64,000 nt of DNA from Octopus sinensis (GCF_006345805.1 NC_043006.1:16616001-16680000), one strand, 5' to 3'. Shown: positions 27,316-41,150, numbered from the stretch's first letter. A program made the numbers and translations. The notes: generated by a model not told the origin, from the letters alone.

Positions 27316-27514
27316 GGCGTAACTCTTTGGTATAAGTACCAGTGTAAGTACCGGATACATTTCAAGAAAGTGTTTTTTTTTTATATATATGGGGGGTTAG
27401 GGTTAGGGTTAGGGTTTGTGTTAGGGTTAGAGTTGGGGGGGGGAGAGAAAAGGGTTTCTGTTATCTTCAGAAATGTAAACAAAGTCACATGTGTACCTAT
27501 ACCGAAGGATCGCC
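27316..27514. mobile_element. Merlin-like MITE with an internal (TTAGGG)n tract
   Basis: Imperfect ~22-bp TIRs beginning GGCG (GGCGTAACTCTTTGGTATAAGTAC / GTACCTATACCGAAGGATCGCC) and an exact 8-bp TSD AATAAAAA at 27308-27315 and 27515-27522. Superfamily inferred from the GG termini and 8-bp TSD. Confidence 0.65.
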
Positions 27515-28609
27515 AATAAAAAATTCAAAATAAGTTTTCGTTGGCGTGCCATTCAGAAAGACCCGCGGGCAGCAGTTTGCCCTTTTCTGTTTTAATATAT
27601 CGCGGTTGTTTCGTATAAAAGTGTATAAGGGAGAAGAAGACCAGCGAGTAATTTTATTTCCCTATCAACAGAACAATTAGATGGATGCTAAGGAATGTAG
27701 ATTTTAATATAATTCTTTCTTTCATAACAGAGAGAAACTCTGTAATGAAATGGTGCCGTGCCTGAAATTAAATCCAGATCGTTTACACAGCAGTCGTGCA
27801 TCCCGTGAACTGACAGCCACAAGAGATTATCCCATTAGAGTGAGAAGCCACTCGTTGGAATCAAATGATAGCTTCAATCGCTTTCGCGGCGAATCTGACA
27901 ACAAAAATAACTGAACATTACTCGAAACCGACAGACTTAAAATGTTTAATGTATTGCTGGCTTTCGATTTTCGATATGAGTGTAAAAGAGAGGAAATGAG
28001 AGAGAGAAGGAGAGGAAATGAGAGAGAGAAAGAGAGAAGAGTGAGAGGAAAGAGAGAGATAGGGGAAAAGAGAAAATAAATGTTGAGTGTGTATGAGTGC
28101 ATGCGCATGCGTATTTGTACATATAAGCGTTGTGACGGTAACTTCTTCTATGTTGCAAATTAATCGTGTGTAACCAAGCGTGTTAATATGTATTTGCCAG
28201 TGGTGTCTTCAGGAATACCAGTGTTTTAGTGTGTGTCCATTTATAGAAATGTTTTTGTGATCACGTGTCATTGCACATCTTTCGACAGTGTTTCATTATT
28301 TCTGAGGATTGTTAAACACGGATGTATGTATGTATGTATGTATGTATGTATGTATGTATGTATGTATGTATGTATGTATGTATGTGTGTATGTGCGTATG
28401 CATGTATGTATGTGTGTATGCATGAATGTATGCATGTATGTATGTATGTATGTATGTATGTATGTATGTATGTATGTATGTATGTATGTGTGTATGCGTG
28501 ATTGAATATTGTTTATTCTTTTCCTTGTTTCAGTCATTTGACTGTGGCCATGCTGGAGCATGGTATTGTTGTTGTCGTCGTCGTTGTTGTTGTTGTTGTT
28601 GTTAAATAT

Positions 28610-28755
28610 GCGGTTCGGCTAAAAAAAACCGATAGAATAAGTACTGGGCTTACAAAGACTAAGTCCCGGGGTCGGTCGATTTGCTCGACTAAAGGCGGTG
28701 CTCCAGCATGGCCGCAGTCAAATGACTGAAACAAGTAAAAGAGTAAAAGAGTAAA
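28610..28755 (+). mobile_element. SINE family B 3' half
   Basis: Matches 17255-17394; an inverted tail fragment lies at 28526-28560. Confidence 0.85.
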
Positions 28756-28770
28756 TACTCAAGAGTAAAT

Positions 28771-28998
28771 TCATTCAATAAAATCGCCATTGGTTTCAAC
28801 TACGGTTTCCAGATGATTTGGGAATCTCTTGCAACTCTTCTGGACGGTTTCGTTGTTTAAGTTGGTCAATGTTGCCATAATCCTTGCCTTCAGTTCATCT
28901 TTGGTGTTACGAGGGGTTTTGTTGGTCTCTCGCTCAACTGCGCCCTACACATAATAATCAAAGGGCTTGCAGTCTGGCGAGTTAGGTGGCCAGATGTT
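28771..28998 (-). pseudogene. Tc1/mariner-superfamily (maT/DD37D-like) transposase C-terminal relic
   Basis: Manual translation NIWPPNSPDCKPFDYYV*GAVERETNKTPRNTKDELKARIMATLTNLNNETVQKSCKRFPNHLETVVETNGDFIE* matches the WPPxSPDLNPxDY.VW...GxxxE* signature; the conserved W is mutated to a stop. Confidence 0.9.
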
Positions 28999-29166
28999 AC
29001 AGCACTTACCTAGCGTACCTAATCGTTTAGGTCACCTGTGAACTAAACCCTCATACTTTGCATGTATGCAAGTATGTATGTATGTATGTATGTATGTATG
29101 TATGTATGTATGTATGTATGTATGTATGTATGTATGTTATATATATATATATACACATATATATAC

Positions 29167-29199
<33 letters not shown>

Positions 29200-29305
29200 C
29201 CTATAAAGTTAATCCAAACAAGAAAGCACAAAAAAACACAACAACGCGAGGACGTGGAACAAATATAGTATTATTGGACGCTCAGGAAAGAAGGAAAGGT
29301 GGAGA

Positions 29306-29340
29306 GTTTAACGTTTCGAGCGGAGCTCTTCGTCGGAAAC
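29306..29340 (-). ncRNA. Minimal type I hammerhead-ribozyme-like motif (variant core)
   Basis: Minus strand: GUUU-CCGACGA-A-GAGC(UCC)GCUC-GAAAC-GUU^AAAC. Confidence 0.5.
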
Positions 29341-29384
29341 ATAAGAGAAGGAAAGATCCAGAGAAGGGAAGACAGAGGAAAAAA

Positions 29385-29431
<47 letters not shown>

Positions 29432-29600
29432 CTAAGCAATAAGGTTTAGCAACGAGTTGCCTTACCACATACCGAATTTAGAAATAGCAGTCAAAGGTTA
29501 TAGCTATTTCTTCTACTAAAAAGGGGATCTCAGTAAAAACAGCATTTGGAAGGCAGACACAAACAGGTAGAGAGAATGAATTGACTGCAATCTATCATAC

Positions 29601-29643
<43 letters not shown>

Positions 29644-29925
29644 ATGAAAGACGGAGATACGAGAATTTTTATTAATCACGACAATTGTTTCGACACATCA
29701 AGCGCAGTCCCTACGTATATATGTATGTATGTATGTATGAATCAATCTATCTATCTATCTATATATATATGTATATATATATATACATATATATTTATTA
29801 CATACAATGTACATATACAAGCATATATATATATATATATACATACATATATATCCCCTATATGTACAAACACACACACACGTACATACATACATACATA
29901 CATACATACATACATACATACATAC

Positions 29926-29982
<57 letters not shown>

Positions 29983-30371
29983 AATACATGCATGCACTTA
30001 TACATATATTAACATAAACACTCTCATACATACCAATAGATATATAAATGATGTTACAACTACAATATATATGTACGTATGTCTGAATTCACGTACATTT
30101 CGCTGAATCATTCATTATATGCATGCCCCACTAAATAACATTCACTCTTCAAAAAAAAAAATCAGTGTGACTTTAAGTGTTCTCAACAAAACAACGGCGT
30201 CAAATGGCTGCATGATCTGACGTGAGCAGTATGGAATGAGTACTCGATATGAGATAGTAGTGATATGGTGGTGGTGGTGTTCAGAAGATAAAGAGACAGA
30301 GAGAGAGAGAACGAGAGGGAGAGAGAGAACGAGAGGGAGAGAGAGAGAAACAGACAGACAGACAGAGAAAG

Positions 30372-30410
<39 letters not shown>

Positions 30411-30558
30411 GAGGTTGGAGAAAGAAAGGAGTGTAAGCCATCCCAAACAAGCAGAGATTGCGACGCAGTTTCATTTCCTGATTGAAGTCATTTCAAGGCA
30501 TTCACTTTATTTAATGATAGATTTTTAAGTAAAAACAGGTACATTACGCCAACTTATT

Positions 30559-30630
<72 letters not shown>

Positions 30631-30674
30631 GGACTTGTACTTTAGTAACACATCAACGCCGAGCCAAGATCGTC

Positions 30675-31013
30675 TGCCTTTACGTTGTGAGTTCAAATTC
30701 CGCCGAAGTCGACTTTGCCTTTCTTCCTTTCGGGGTCGATAAATAAAGTACCAGTTACGCACTCGATGTAATTGACTTAATCCCTTTGTCTGTCTTTGTT
30801 TGTCCCCTCTATGTTTAGCCCCTTGTGGGCAATAAAGAAACACATATATAGCATTTTTTCAAATTCCGCTGAGGTCGATTTTGCCTTTCATCCTTTCGGG
30901 GTCGATAAATAAAGTACCAGTTACGCACTGGGGTCGATGTAATCGACTTAATCTCTTTGTCTGTCCTTGTTTATCCCCTCTATGTTTAGCCCCTTGTGGG
31001 CAATAAAGAAATA
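30675..31013 (+). mobile_element. Two tandem 5'-truncated SINE family A copies
   Basis: Core plus tail at 30675-30841 and 30858-31013. Confidence 0.85.
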
Positions 31014-31466
31014 AGTATACTCTGTCGTTCTTCAAAATACTTATTCTTCTATTGAAATTGAACACTTTGAATTTACAAATCAAAGATAAACTTGCTCAAG
31101 ATGCAAATCTTCACTACTTCATTTTACTTTCATCCACAATTTCCTTTTTTTTTTCATTTTACTCTTTCCTTTCTCCAGTCGTTTGTCTCTCTCTTTCATT
31201 CCTTCCTCTCTCATTCGAGGGTCTTCATTCAAATAGCACAACTCTGCCTTTCACTCTTTCATCCTTTCATCCTTTCTGTAGCTGCTTCTCGTTCTTCTTC
31301 TGTCTCCTTTCTGCCTCCTATTACACTTTAGCGAAACAGAAGCTTAGTATATAGTCGCTATAAGGAGAGAGAGAGAGAGAGAGAGAGTGGGGAGGAAGAA
31401 AGAAAGAAAGAAAGAAAGAAAAAAGAGAAAGACAGAAAAAGAAAGAAACAAAGAGAAAGACAGAAA

Positions 31467-31522
<56 letters not shown>

Positions 31523-32200
31523 AAAAGACAGAAAGAAAGAAAGAAAGAAAGAAGTGGAGTCCCCGGAAAATAACGATGCTGCACTTTTGCATCGATAAAA
31601 AGTAATAGCAATTATTTTAAACAGCGGAATAAATTTTGAGTCAATTTTGTTATCCTTCAGAACAAGTTAGCTTTTCCTCTCTCCGACGAAGGGATCGGCT
31701 CGAAACGTTGAAACTCCTCTTTTTAGCTCGCAGCATAAATCTTAAAATCTATTTCACCGCTTGTATTACACACAGACACACACATACATCATGTGTGTAC
31801 GTGTATGTATATATATATAATATATCTTAAGTATGTATACACACACACAGACACATATATGTTTATATATATATATATGGTATGTATATATGTATATATA
31901 ATATATTATGTATAGAGCTAGGGGGGGGAGGAAAGGAAGAGCTTCTCTCGAACTTAAAATACAGATTATTGCCGTAACTAAGTTAAAGTCATGATCTATG
32001 CGAAGGGGGGAAAAATTGTCATAAAAAGAAGAAAAGAATAACAAGAAAGAAAAAAAAAAGAAAAAAACACTCTTGTGTTTGATTCTGCTGCAGTTTATAA
32101 TTTGATTTGGGAATTGTGTTTAGAATGAATATACATGTGTAGAATTTTAGGTTCGGCATCTATAAGATATTGGAGTTCTAAATATATTTTTGTTTGGCTT

Positions 32201-32262
<62 letters not shown>

Positions 32263-32358
32263 TGAGAAGAAGAAGAACAACAATAACAACAACAACAACA
32301 ACAAAAATGATAATAGTGGTGGTGGTAATGATATCGGTGCTGCTGCTGCTGCTGCTGC

Positions 32359-32396
<38 letters not shown>

Positions 32397-32927
32397 GCAA
32401 AAACTGAAACAGGAATATAGAGACTTTCTTGGCAGCCACCAAATGGTTTTGGCATAATTTCATGTCATGGTTGCTAGTTCTTGTCACCCAAGAGATAGCA
32501 CTTGTTGTCTGTGAGATCAACCGTTCAAAGATGACTAGTAGAAGATTCCAAATCTATAGAGATTTGTCAACTGACTTCAAAATATTGCTCAAAACAAACT
32601 AAATCGAACTTGCCTTTCGTTGAAATCTCATTCGTCTATTCGCAAAGCACCATTCCCAGTCTGTATCCTTCCCCCTTCTCAACCAGATAACCAGAACAAA
32701 CACCGCGAGGCATCTACTTCGAAGACTTAACTTTTCTTCCAATTCCCAAACCTCTTTCTTGGGGGGGCCTATGGGACAGGGGCTAAACTTTGGATGACGC
32801 ATAAACTTGGTGTGAAGGTCGTTTGGACAAAGTTGGTGTTACATTCTCCACGATGTGCAAATGATGTAGAGCTCACAGTAGCGTTAAAGGTAACAGATTT
32901 TCGATGTTTACAGGCGGTCCCCAATCC

Positions 32928-32991
<64 letters not shown>

Positions 32992-33137
32992 GTGATGAAA
33001 ACTCAGCTTATTTTGCTGGGTATGATGGAAAGTGTTAAGCTGTCCACAACTAGCAGACTAAGGTGACACTTGTTTACTGGTCATTCTTCAAGAACCCTGC
33101 GAAGAAGTCTTGACCATTATTATTACTATTACTGTTG

Positions 33138-33207
<70 letters not shown>

Positions 33208-33545
33208 TGATTCTAAGCTTTGATGTGATACAATTGTTAAATCAAAGTGACAACGTTAAACAGGTTGGGGCTTTTACTTGAATACGAACAAGCCAATTGC
33301 CTTCACACTATGTCTGAAAAGAAATAATAATAAAAAAAAAACTAAATTCGGTAGATGTAAAAATGCTTCTGAACATTTCTGGAGAAAAGAAAGGAAATAA
33401 CACTGATTTATTTGTTCGTATAAGACGGACCTGACGACAGCTTTTAGATAAAAAGAAAACAAAACTAGGATTATAACATATATAAATATAATAGGAGAAT
33501 GAATTCCTTGAAGGCAAGTAAGGACAAGTTGACCCATTTCTACTT

Positions 33546-33622
<77 letters not shown>

Positions 33623-35078
33623 TTCAGCAATCTTTTAGTCATTGAAACAATTCTCATGTTTACCAAGGCTAAATCAATAGTTTAAGGATGTCGAAATACA
33701 AAACCGGAGACATTGTGAATTTATTAAAAAAAAAAAGAAAAAAAAAAAGGAAATACTCTACTATTCAAATTATTATTTTATTATTATATAAAATAGACCA
33801 AAAATTTCCTCTTTGTTTATGTCGTTAATTCCCTAGAGATTATGTATGAACGTCACCACACCTCATTTCCTCTTCTTTGTCAAGAGAGATGGTTTACATT
33901 TAGTCTTAAGAAATCAATATGTTCACTTCGTAAGTTTCATGACGTGTTATCCTTCTAAAAACGAAAGTACGGCTAAGAAAGAGCAACCGGCTTAACGACT
34001 TGTTTTCCACGAGATATATCAAGCTGTTGCATTTATTAGATCAGCAAACCTTTAAAGCAATCACTATCGGCTATATCGAACTTATTTGGAACGAATGTCT
34101 CATTGATTAATATTTGCTAAAGAAGGATTCGATTATTGGTTTTATTCGTTTGTAATTTCTTAGTGAACAGCCAATGAAGCGACAGAATTAGCGAGCAACA
34201 TCAAGAAAGAAATATAAAAAAAAAGATGGTTGCTCGATATTTAAAATACAACAACGATAATAATAATAATAATAAAAATAATAAATTGAATGCTGTAACC
34301 TAAAGTTATCAAAGGAGGAAATGATTGGATGAAATGAAGGGGCAAATCAACCGACTTTTTTTTTTATTGAAACAAAACAATAATCTTACGCCATAAACTA
34401 CTGCAGAGAAGATATTTGCAATCTAAAAAAAAAATCTTTTACGTGCGTGCATATGTATTTGTGTGTGTATGGACGTGTGTGGTATATGTATATGGACGCG
34501 TATGTGTGTATGTCTATGTGTGTGTTTTACGGATAAGGAGATTGAAAATAAAGTAGAAAGTAAATCATAAAGCTGAAATCGTGGTAGTGAATTGTTTTAT
34601 TATAATAAATACATAGTGAGTTGTTACTCCACCTCCCATACCAATTTGTAGGCGTTCGTTATGAAATACAAATTGATCGTGAAATCAAAAAATTTAACAT
34701 CGAAAATACTACAGGATGGACATTACACAGAATTATTCTCTCTCTCTCACTCTGTCTCTCTCCTTCTAAAATGGAGGTGGGAAGTAGCTGAGGTTATAAA
34801 GAAAAAGGTTAAGAAAAATAAGACACTACAAGAATATTCTAATGCTGAAAAATCCATCAAGAAAATAGTGATTTTCTACACTGGCCCAAGGCCTCATATT
34901 TTTAAGGAAAGGTGTATATGGATTGAATTAATCATAATGTATTATAGCAGATACTGCTGAATTCGACGAAATGTAGGAAAGAGAAAATATATGTATATTG
35001 TGTGTAAAGGTGAATGGGCTTCTTTTTAAGAGAGGGACAATACCAAGTAAATATTGTATGTCTTTCAAATATCCTAAA

Positions 35079-35346
35079 CTAGCAGTAACGCCCGGCGTTG
35101 CTCGGGTTTGTTTCGACCCTTTAGAACTGGAATTTTTGAAAAGTAAACATTTTGCATTATAATAATTTTTGGTGTTAACATGGTCCGAATTGAATTTTTT
35201 TCTTCTACGGAAGGAAGAGCAAGCCTTCTTCTATCATATTTTCAATTTTGGTCAACTTGCGCCGCAGGGTCTCGGAGGAGATAGTGTTAGTTGAAGGCTA
35301 CCAAACCGGCCATACACAGACAACTTCAGCTTTATTTAGAGAGAGA
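35079..35346 (-). mobile_element. Non-autonomous Helitron, complete ends
   Basis: Same 3' hairpin and CTAG|T as 37281; 5' end A|TCTCTCTCTAAATAAAGCTG; the internal sequence differs. Confidence 0.85.
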
Positions 35347-35619
35347 TGAAGTGAAAGGAAACAGTTTTGACTGGGATTGAAACCACAGCACAGAACCTTA
35401 CCTTTGTTCTGCGTCACTTTGCTAAATACTCTAAGACTAGCTACTCTGAATTTACTCAGGGATTTAACCAATCATCAGAAATACACACAGCATGTATGTA
35501 TGTATGTATGTTTGTATGTATGTATGTATGTTTGTATGTATGTATGTATGTTTGTATGTATGTATGTATGTATGTATGTATGTATGTATGTATGTATGTA
35601 TGTATGTATGTATGTGGAT

Positions 35620-35745
<126 letters not shown>

Positions 35746-35799
35746 GTGGAGGAACAACAAGCATGTGTATTAGTGTAACGCACGGGAAAAATGGAAAAG

Positions 35800-35838
35800 T
35801 CTTTTACGTTTCGAGCCTACGCTCTTCGACAGAAAAGA
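35800..35838 (-). ncRNA. Minimal type I hammerhead-ribozyme-like motif (variant core)
   Basis: Minus strand: UCUUUU-CUGUCGA-A-GAGC(GUAG)GCUC-GAAAC-GUA^AAAGA. Confidence 0.5.
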
Positions 35839-36399
35839 ATAAGAGAAAATAAACAGAGAAAGAATGTACGCACGTACATATGTGAGTATATATATTACAT
35901 TGTCTTTGAAAGTTGCATAAAGAGAATACAGCAATGGCTATTAATCGGATTTCTGGAATATATGTCTCTTGGCCACGTAGATATATACAATACTTCCTTC
36001 TTAATCGACATGATATCTAATTTCAAAGAACTAATTGAAAGAGATTTATAATGTCTACGACTTGTAAGATAAAGGAATCGAGTATCAATTGATTAAAACA
36101 CGTTTATCTTAAGTGTCAGAAGATTTCTAATCAGTTATTTGGTTTGAAATTTAGGTACTTGAATAGTTTCCTTGACAGCCACCAGAATCATTCGAACCTG
36201 ACTTGTTTTGTTATATTGCAATATTTAACTCCAGCCAATACCAATATAACACATTGATCTTAATCTTCGATTTTTGGTTTTAGGTATTTTAGGTTCACAT
36301 AACTGCGGGAATGATGATGAAACTGAATCAATCCGGGAAAATATAGATGAAAAAAAACGGGTCTGAGTATTCTGAGAAAGCACAAACTAGAACTGGCAC

Positions 36400-36722
36400 A
36401 AACTGGACTTGGCCCTTTGAAATAAAGGTACAACTCACTTTTGCCAGCTGAGTGGACTGGAGCAACGTGAAATAAAGTGTCTTGTTCAAGGACACAACGC
36501 GTCGCCGGGAATTGAGCTCACGTGAGCGGATTATCTTAACCACTAAGCCACGCACCTTTACTACCCGAATAAACCAAGCGCAGGAATGGGTGTGTGGTAA
36601 GTAACTTGCTTACCAACCACATGGTTCCGCGTTCAGTCCGACTGCGTGACACATTGGGCAAGTGTTTTCTACTACAGCCTGGGATCGACTAGAGCCTTGT
36701 GAGTGGATTTGGTAAACGGAAA
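36400..36722. mobile_element. Divergent SINE pair: family D-related on minus (36400-36556) and family B 5' half on plus (36578-36722)
   Basis: CAGCTGAGTGGACTGGAGCAACGTGAAATAAAGTGTCTTG core, followed by a family B head. Confidence 0.8.
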
Positions 36723-37280
36723 TGAAATATGAAACTGCGTCGAGCCGAACTCTAAATTAATTGGCTCACAATATTTAGTTTCGGCTTTTTTCCCATTGGC
36801 TAAAATTCTCTTTTTATCTTCTTAGAGGTGTTATATTTCTCCTTTTTGTATAGGCTTAATTTAGATAGGTTATCAGGAGACAAAAATGACGTGATTTTTT
36901 AGCATTAAGAAAATGTGAGTAATCAATGTTGTACTTAAAACACCTCGTCAGTTTTATTACTCCACACCCATGATTCTCTTTTCCTCATTCTTGATCTGGT
37001 GTTGAATAAAAAAAATATATTGACACAAGTAGTTTCAGCAAACACATACACACACACACAAAACAAAGAAGTTAATGATAGTAATAAGTAAGTTCAAGTG
37101 CCGCATCCTCGCCAATAAATTTTACTATAGAATAGAATCTATTTCGTAATTTTCACTTATTTCAAGATTAATAAAAAGAGAACAAGCTCAAACAGGTATG
37201 TACTGGATAAAACTAGTTGGCTTTTTTAAGAGATTGATAACAATAGAAGTTTATTTCAATCTTGAAAGGTTTATTTCAAA

Positions 37281-37644
37281 CTAGCAGTATCGCCCGGCGT
37301 TGCTCGGGTTTGTAAACTATAAAGCATTTTTAGAGAGTTATAGGCAAAAAATGGAAAAAAAATGATGGTAAATTTTTTTTTTAGTGAAAAAGGTCGAGTT
37401 GCGTCCCCTAGACAGTCTGTGGTTTGTGTTTCTAATTCTCGACCCCATGTCGAATTTATCGATTTTTTTCAGAACTGGGGGAACTTTTCAAAATTTTCGC
37501 TGCGTTAGTTTTGAATTATGACATTGGGCTATGTGTGTGTCAAGTTTCATCAGAATCGGTTAAAAGCCGTGGTCAGGGTGAGGGTACAACCTAACAGACA
37601 CACAGAAACACACACAGACAAACTGCCGTTTATATATAGAGAGA
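37281..37644 (-). mobile_element. Non-autonomous Helitron, complete ends
   Basis: On minus: A|TCTCTCTATATATAAACGGC ... CCCGAGCAACGCCGGG hairpin ... CTAG|T. Has the 5'-TC, 3'-CTAG, subterminal hairpin and A/T insertion site, with no TSD. Confidence 0.85.
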
Positions 37645-38105
37645 TAATTTAACTGCCGTCTGAACGACTATCCAAAATAGTTATTTATATATTTATTACA
37701 CAAAAACACGAAATAAAACTGTCATCTCAAGATCTTCAAAACAGAAAGAACAACAAACGATGCTTGATCTTTTTTCTTTTACAACTCATGCTGTCTTTGA
37801 TTCTCTTCGTTCCATCATAATTTTATGTGAAGCATTTTTAATGGTATTTGAAAGTGTTCTTGTTGTGCGTTTGACTTTTCAAAAGCTGTAAAGGGTTATG
37901 GATATGAATCCGTCTTAATCGACTTGCCTACATTGAAAGCTTGTTACTCCGCAATAAATTTTCTCGAATCTCATAAAGTGAAATCTCAAATGCATAAACA
38001 GCCTGTGCAAGTACATCAGTGCTTAGAAACACAAACGAGTCCTTAATGTTAAGGTGTATGATCTTTGGCACCTTAAACGCATTCGCTATTAAAAGCCTTT
38101 CATTA

Positions 38106-38185
38106 ATGAACCGAAAATCTCATGAACCGAAAATCTCATGAACCGAAAATCTCATGAACCGAAAATCTCATGAACCGAAAATCTC
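38106..38185 (+). repeat. Perfect minisatellite (ATGAACCGAAAATCTC) x5
   Basis: 16-bp unit starting at 38106, 38122, 38138, 38154 and 38170. Confidence 0.95.
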
Positions 38186-38239
38186 AAAACAACCCATAGG
38201 ACCACAGCTATCCAAATAACAACAACAACAATAATAATC

Positions 38240-38518
38240 CTTTCTATTAAAGGCACAAGGCCTCAAATTTGGAGGAAAGGGACTAGTCGATTACATCGAC
38301 CTCAGTGTTCAACTGGCACTTAATTTATCGACCCTGAAAATATGAAAGTTACGTTCTGAGTTCAAATTCCGCCGAGGTCGACTTTGCCTTTCCTCCTTTC
38401 GGGGTCGATAAATTAAGTACCAGTTGCGCACTGGGGTCGATGTAATCGATCTAATCCATTTGTCTGCTCTTGTTTGTCCCCTCTGTGTTTAGCCCCTTGT
38501 GGGCAATAAAGAAACAGG
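38240..38518. mobile_element. Two SINE family A copies in inverted orientation
   Basis: A minus copy with a variant tail (38240-38347) abuts a plus copy (38349-38518). Confidence 0.8.
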
Positions 38519-39389
38519 TACAATTAGCTGCTTACGACAACCGGCGAAAGTAGACGAATTAACACACCCACACCCACACCCACACCCCACCCCACCCAGT
38601 CAGCCAGGAAAGCAAATGACGAAAATATAAACGTGACCTTTATCATTTTATAGAAACATAGCTTAAAATTCTGAGCATGACAACTTGTTTGTTTGTGCTT
38701 GTATTGTTCATTTTTAATTCACCATGGCATTTTTTCCATCTATCTCTATCTGAGGAAGAAGTGTGTCAGTTGAAATATTAGTATCTCTAACCTGTGTTCG
38801 AAAATAGAGAGAAAAATAGCAAAAATCTCGAATAACACGTTTCTAAAGCGTCACGCATGGCCTGCTGCAAAATAACAAACTGCCATAACGTGTTGTTTAT
38901 TTGCTAAAGCATCAAAGGAAAAATATAACAAATAACATTGAATAATGATTAAACAATGGTAGTAGCTAAGACAGTGGTATGGTTTGTATTTAATCTTTTT
39001 CAGCATTTGGTTCCAACCCTCTTGCTTCGGATTTGCAAACCATTCTAAAAATGATGCAATAATTATCAATTGTTTGAGAGTTAAGCTTTAGTGAGCTCTG
39101 AATGAGCAGCTCTATAGTAAAAGGCTTTCTAACTATAGCAGTTCGGTCTGCATGTTATCCAGTTTGTCTCTTAATTCTTCATTTTTTTTTTTTAATGGTT
39201 GGTTTACGATTTAGGAAAGGTTTAGCAGCTATTTCTAGCAGGTTACCAAGGAAGAGCTTTTCTTGTTGGCGCGAATAATTATCAGTAATCCATCGATCCA
39301 TTCGTTCGTTCATTCATCCATTCATGCATTTATTCATGCATGCATGCATGCATTCATACATACATACATACATACATACATACATACAT

Positions 39390-39438
<49 letters not shown>

Positions 39439-39619
39439 GACAGACAAGCATGCACGCAAGTCCAGACGTGCAACTGTATGTATGAGAATACATACATAAA
39501 ACACATGCGAATCTACACATGCACAGACCCCCAAATACTGCACATATACATACATGTAAAAATACCCGGTTGATGTTGAAATTTTAATGAAGGAGCCTTG
39601 GATCTAGTTTAGAAACCGA

Positions 39620-39746
<127 letters not shown>

Positions 39747-40290
39747 TCCCCTCTTTCTTTCTATTGGCAAGAAGTCTTGAAATAAAACTGAATAATGACA
39801 TATATACATACATTATACACACACACACACACATATATATACATATATATATACGTATGTATGGAATGTATGTGTGTATATATGTACGTATTTACATACA
39901 TGCAAACATACACGCGCACACACACACGCACGTGCTTTCTCTTAGGCACAAACAAGCATGCACATATTCACAAGTACAAACACATTCTCTGATTGTCCTT
40001 CGATTCCTCAATGTACAATAAGACATTCACCTGGTGGCAGAGTCTTATATGTCATAACTTCAACGTGAGAAGAATTATTCTGACTTCGTAGGCATCCCTT
40101 GTGGCCTATATCCAGGAAAGAACATATGGATCAATGTTCAAGCCAAACCGAAATGATTGACGATTTTGGCTTGATTATCAGCACTTTTGAGGCCATTAAC
40201 TGAACCCTTAAAATGCATCAATATTGAGGAGGACTTTGACCTTCCGTAGCAACCCTCATGTGTAATATTTTGAGCTCAGACATGATTACC

Positions 40291-40510
40291 TATTTCTTTA
40301 CTACCCCACAAGGGGCTAAACACCAAGGACAGACAAACGGATTAAGTCGATTATATCTACCCCAGTGCGTAACTGGTACTTACTTAATCGACCCCGAAAG
40401 GACGAAAGGCAAAGTCGACCTCGGCGGAATTTGAACTCAGAACGTAGTGGCAGACGAAATACTGCGAAGCATTTCGCCCGGCACGCTAACGATTCTGCCA
40501 GCTCGCCGCC
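40291..40510 (-). mobile_element. SINE family A (tRNA-derived head, Meta/MESC-like central domain), full length with TSD
   Basis: Head GGCGGCGAGCTGGCAGAATCGTTAG (A box), GAGTTCAAATTCC (B box) and core GCCTTTCGTCCTTTCGGGGTCGAT..AAGTACCAG. 18-bp TSD AGCTCAGACATG(A/T)TTACC at 40273-40290 and 40513-40530. Confidence 0.9.
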
Positions 40511-40896
40511 ATAGCTCAGACATGTTTACCATGTAAATCTTTTAGGAGCCTTGTTTACAGGTTTACAAGATTTGGGAATCTGAGCAAGTAAAAATCAAGT
40601 GTATAAGTCTCTATGGACACAAAGTAGCACTCACTTTTGAAAGGATACACATCGATGTGATGTATTTCACAAGCTTATGTAATTAACACCCCCGCACGAG
40701 TGAGCTGTTAACTCTTTTGTTTCTTTTATTTCTGCAGAACAAATTAAGCACGAAATGTTGGATGAAAGATTTTAATTTAAAACAGGAAGCTTGTGTCCAT
40801 AGAATCAATAGTGATTTCGGGAGGGTTGATATCAAAGGAGTTCAGCATCTTAGGGAGATTTAATAGCAAAGGAGAAAAGAAATATGCTTGCGTGTA

Positions 40897-40929
<33 letters not shown>

Positions 40930-40945
40930 CACACACACACACACA

Positions 40946-40976
<31 letters not shown>

Positions 40977-41150
40977 AATACACTCATGCGCACAGACATG
41001 TATAAGCACGGGATAAGATTCAGGTTTACATATATTTTTATCTTGTACATTTTGTGGCACGAACAGACTGTTATCTCAACTAGCTAGCTCTCTGAAAATA
41101 TATATATGCAGTAGTGTAGTAACAGAGAAAAACGTCTTCTAGAATGTAAC

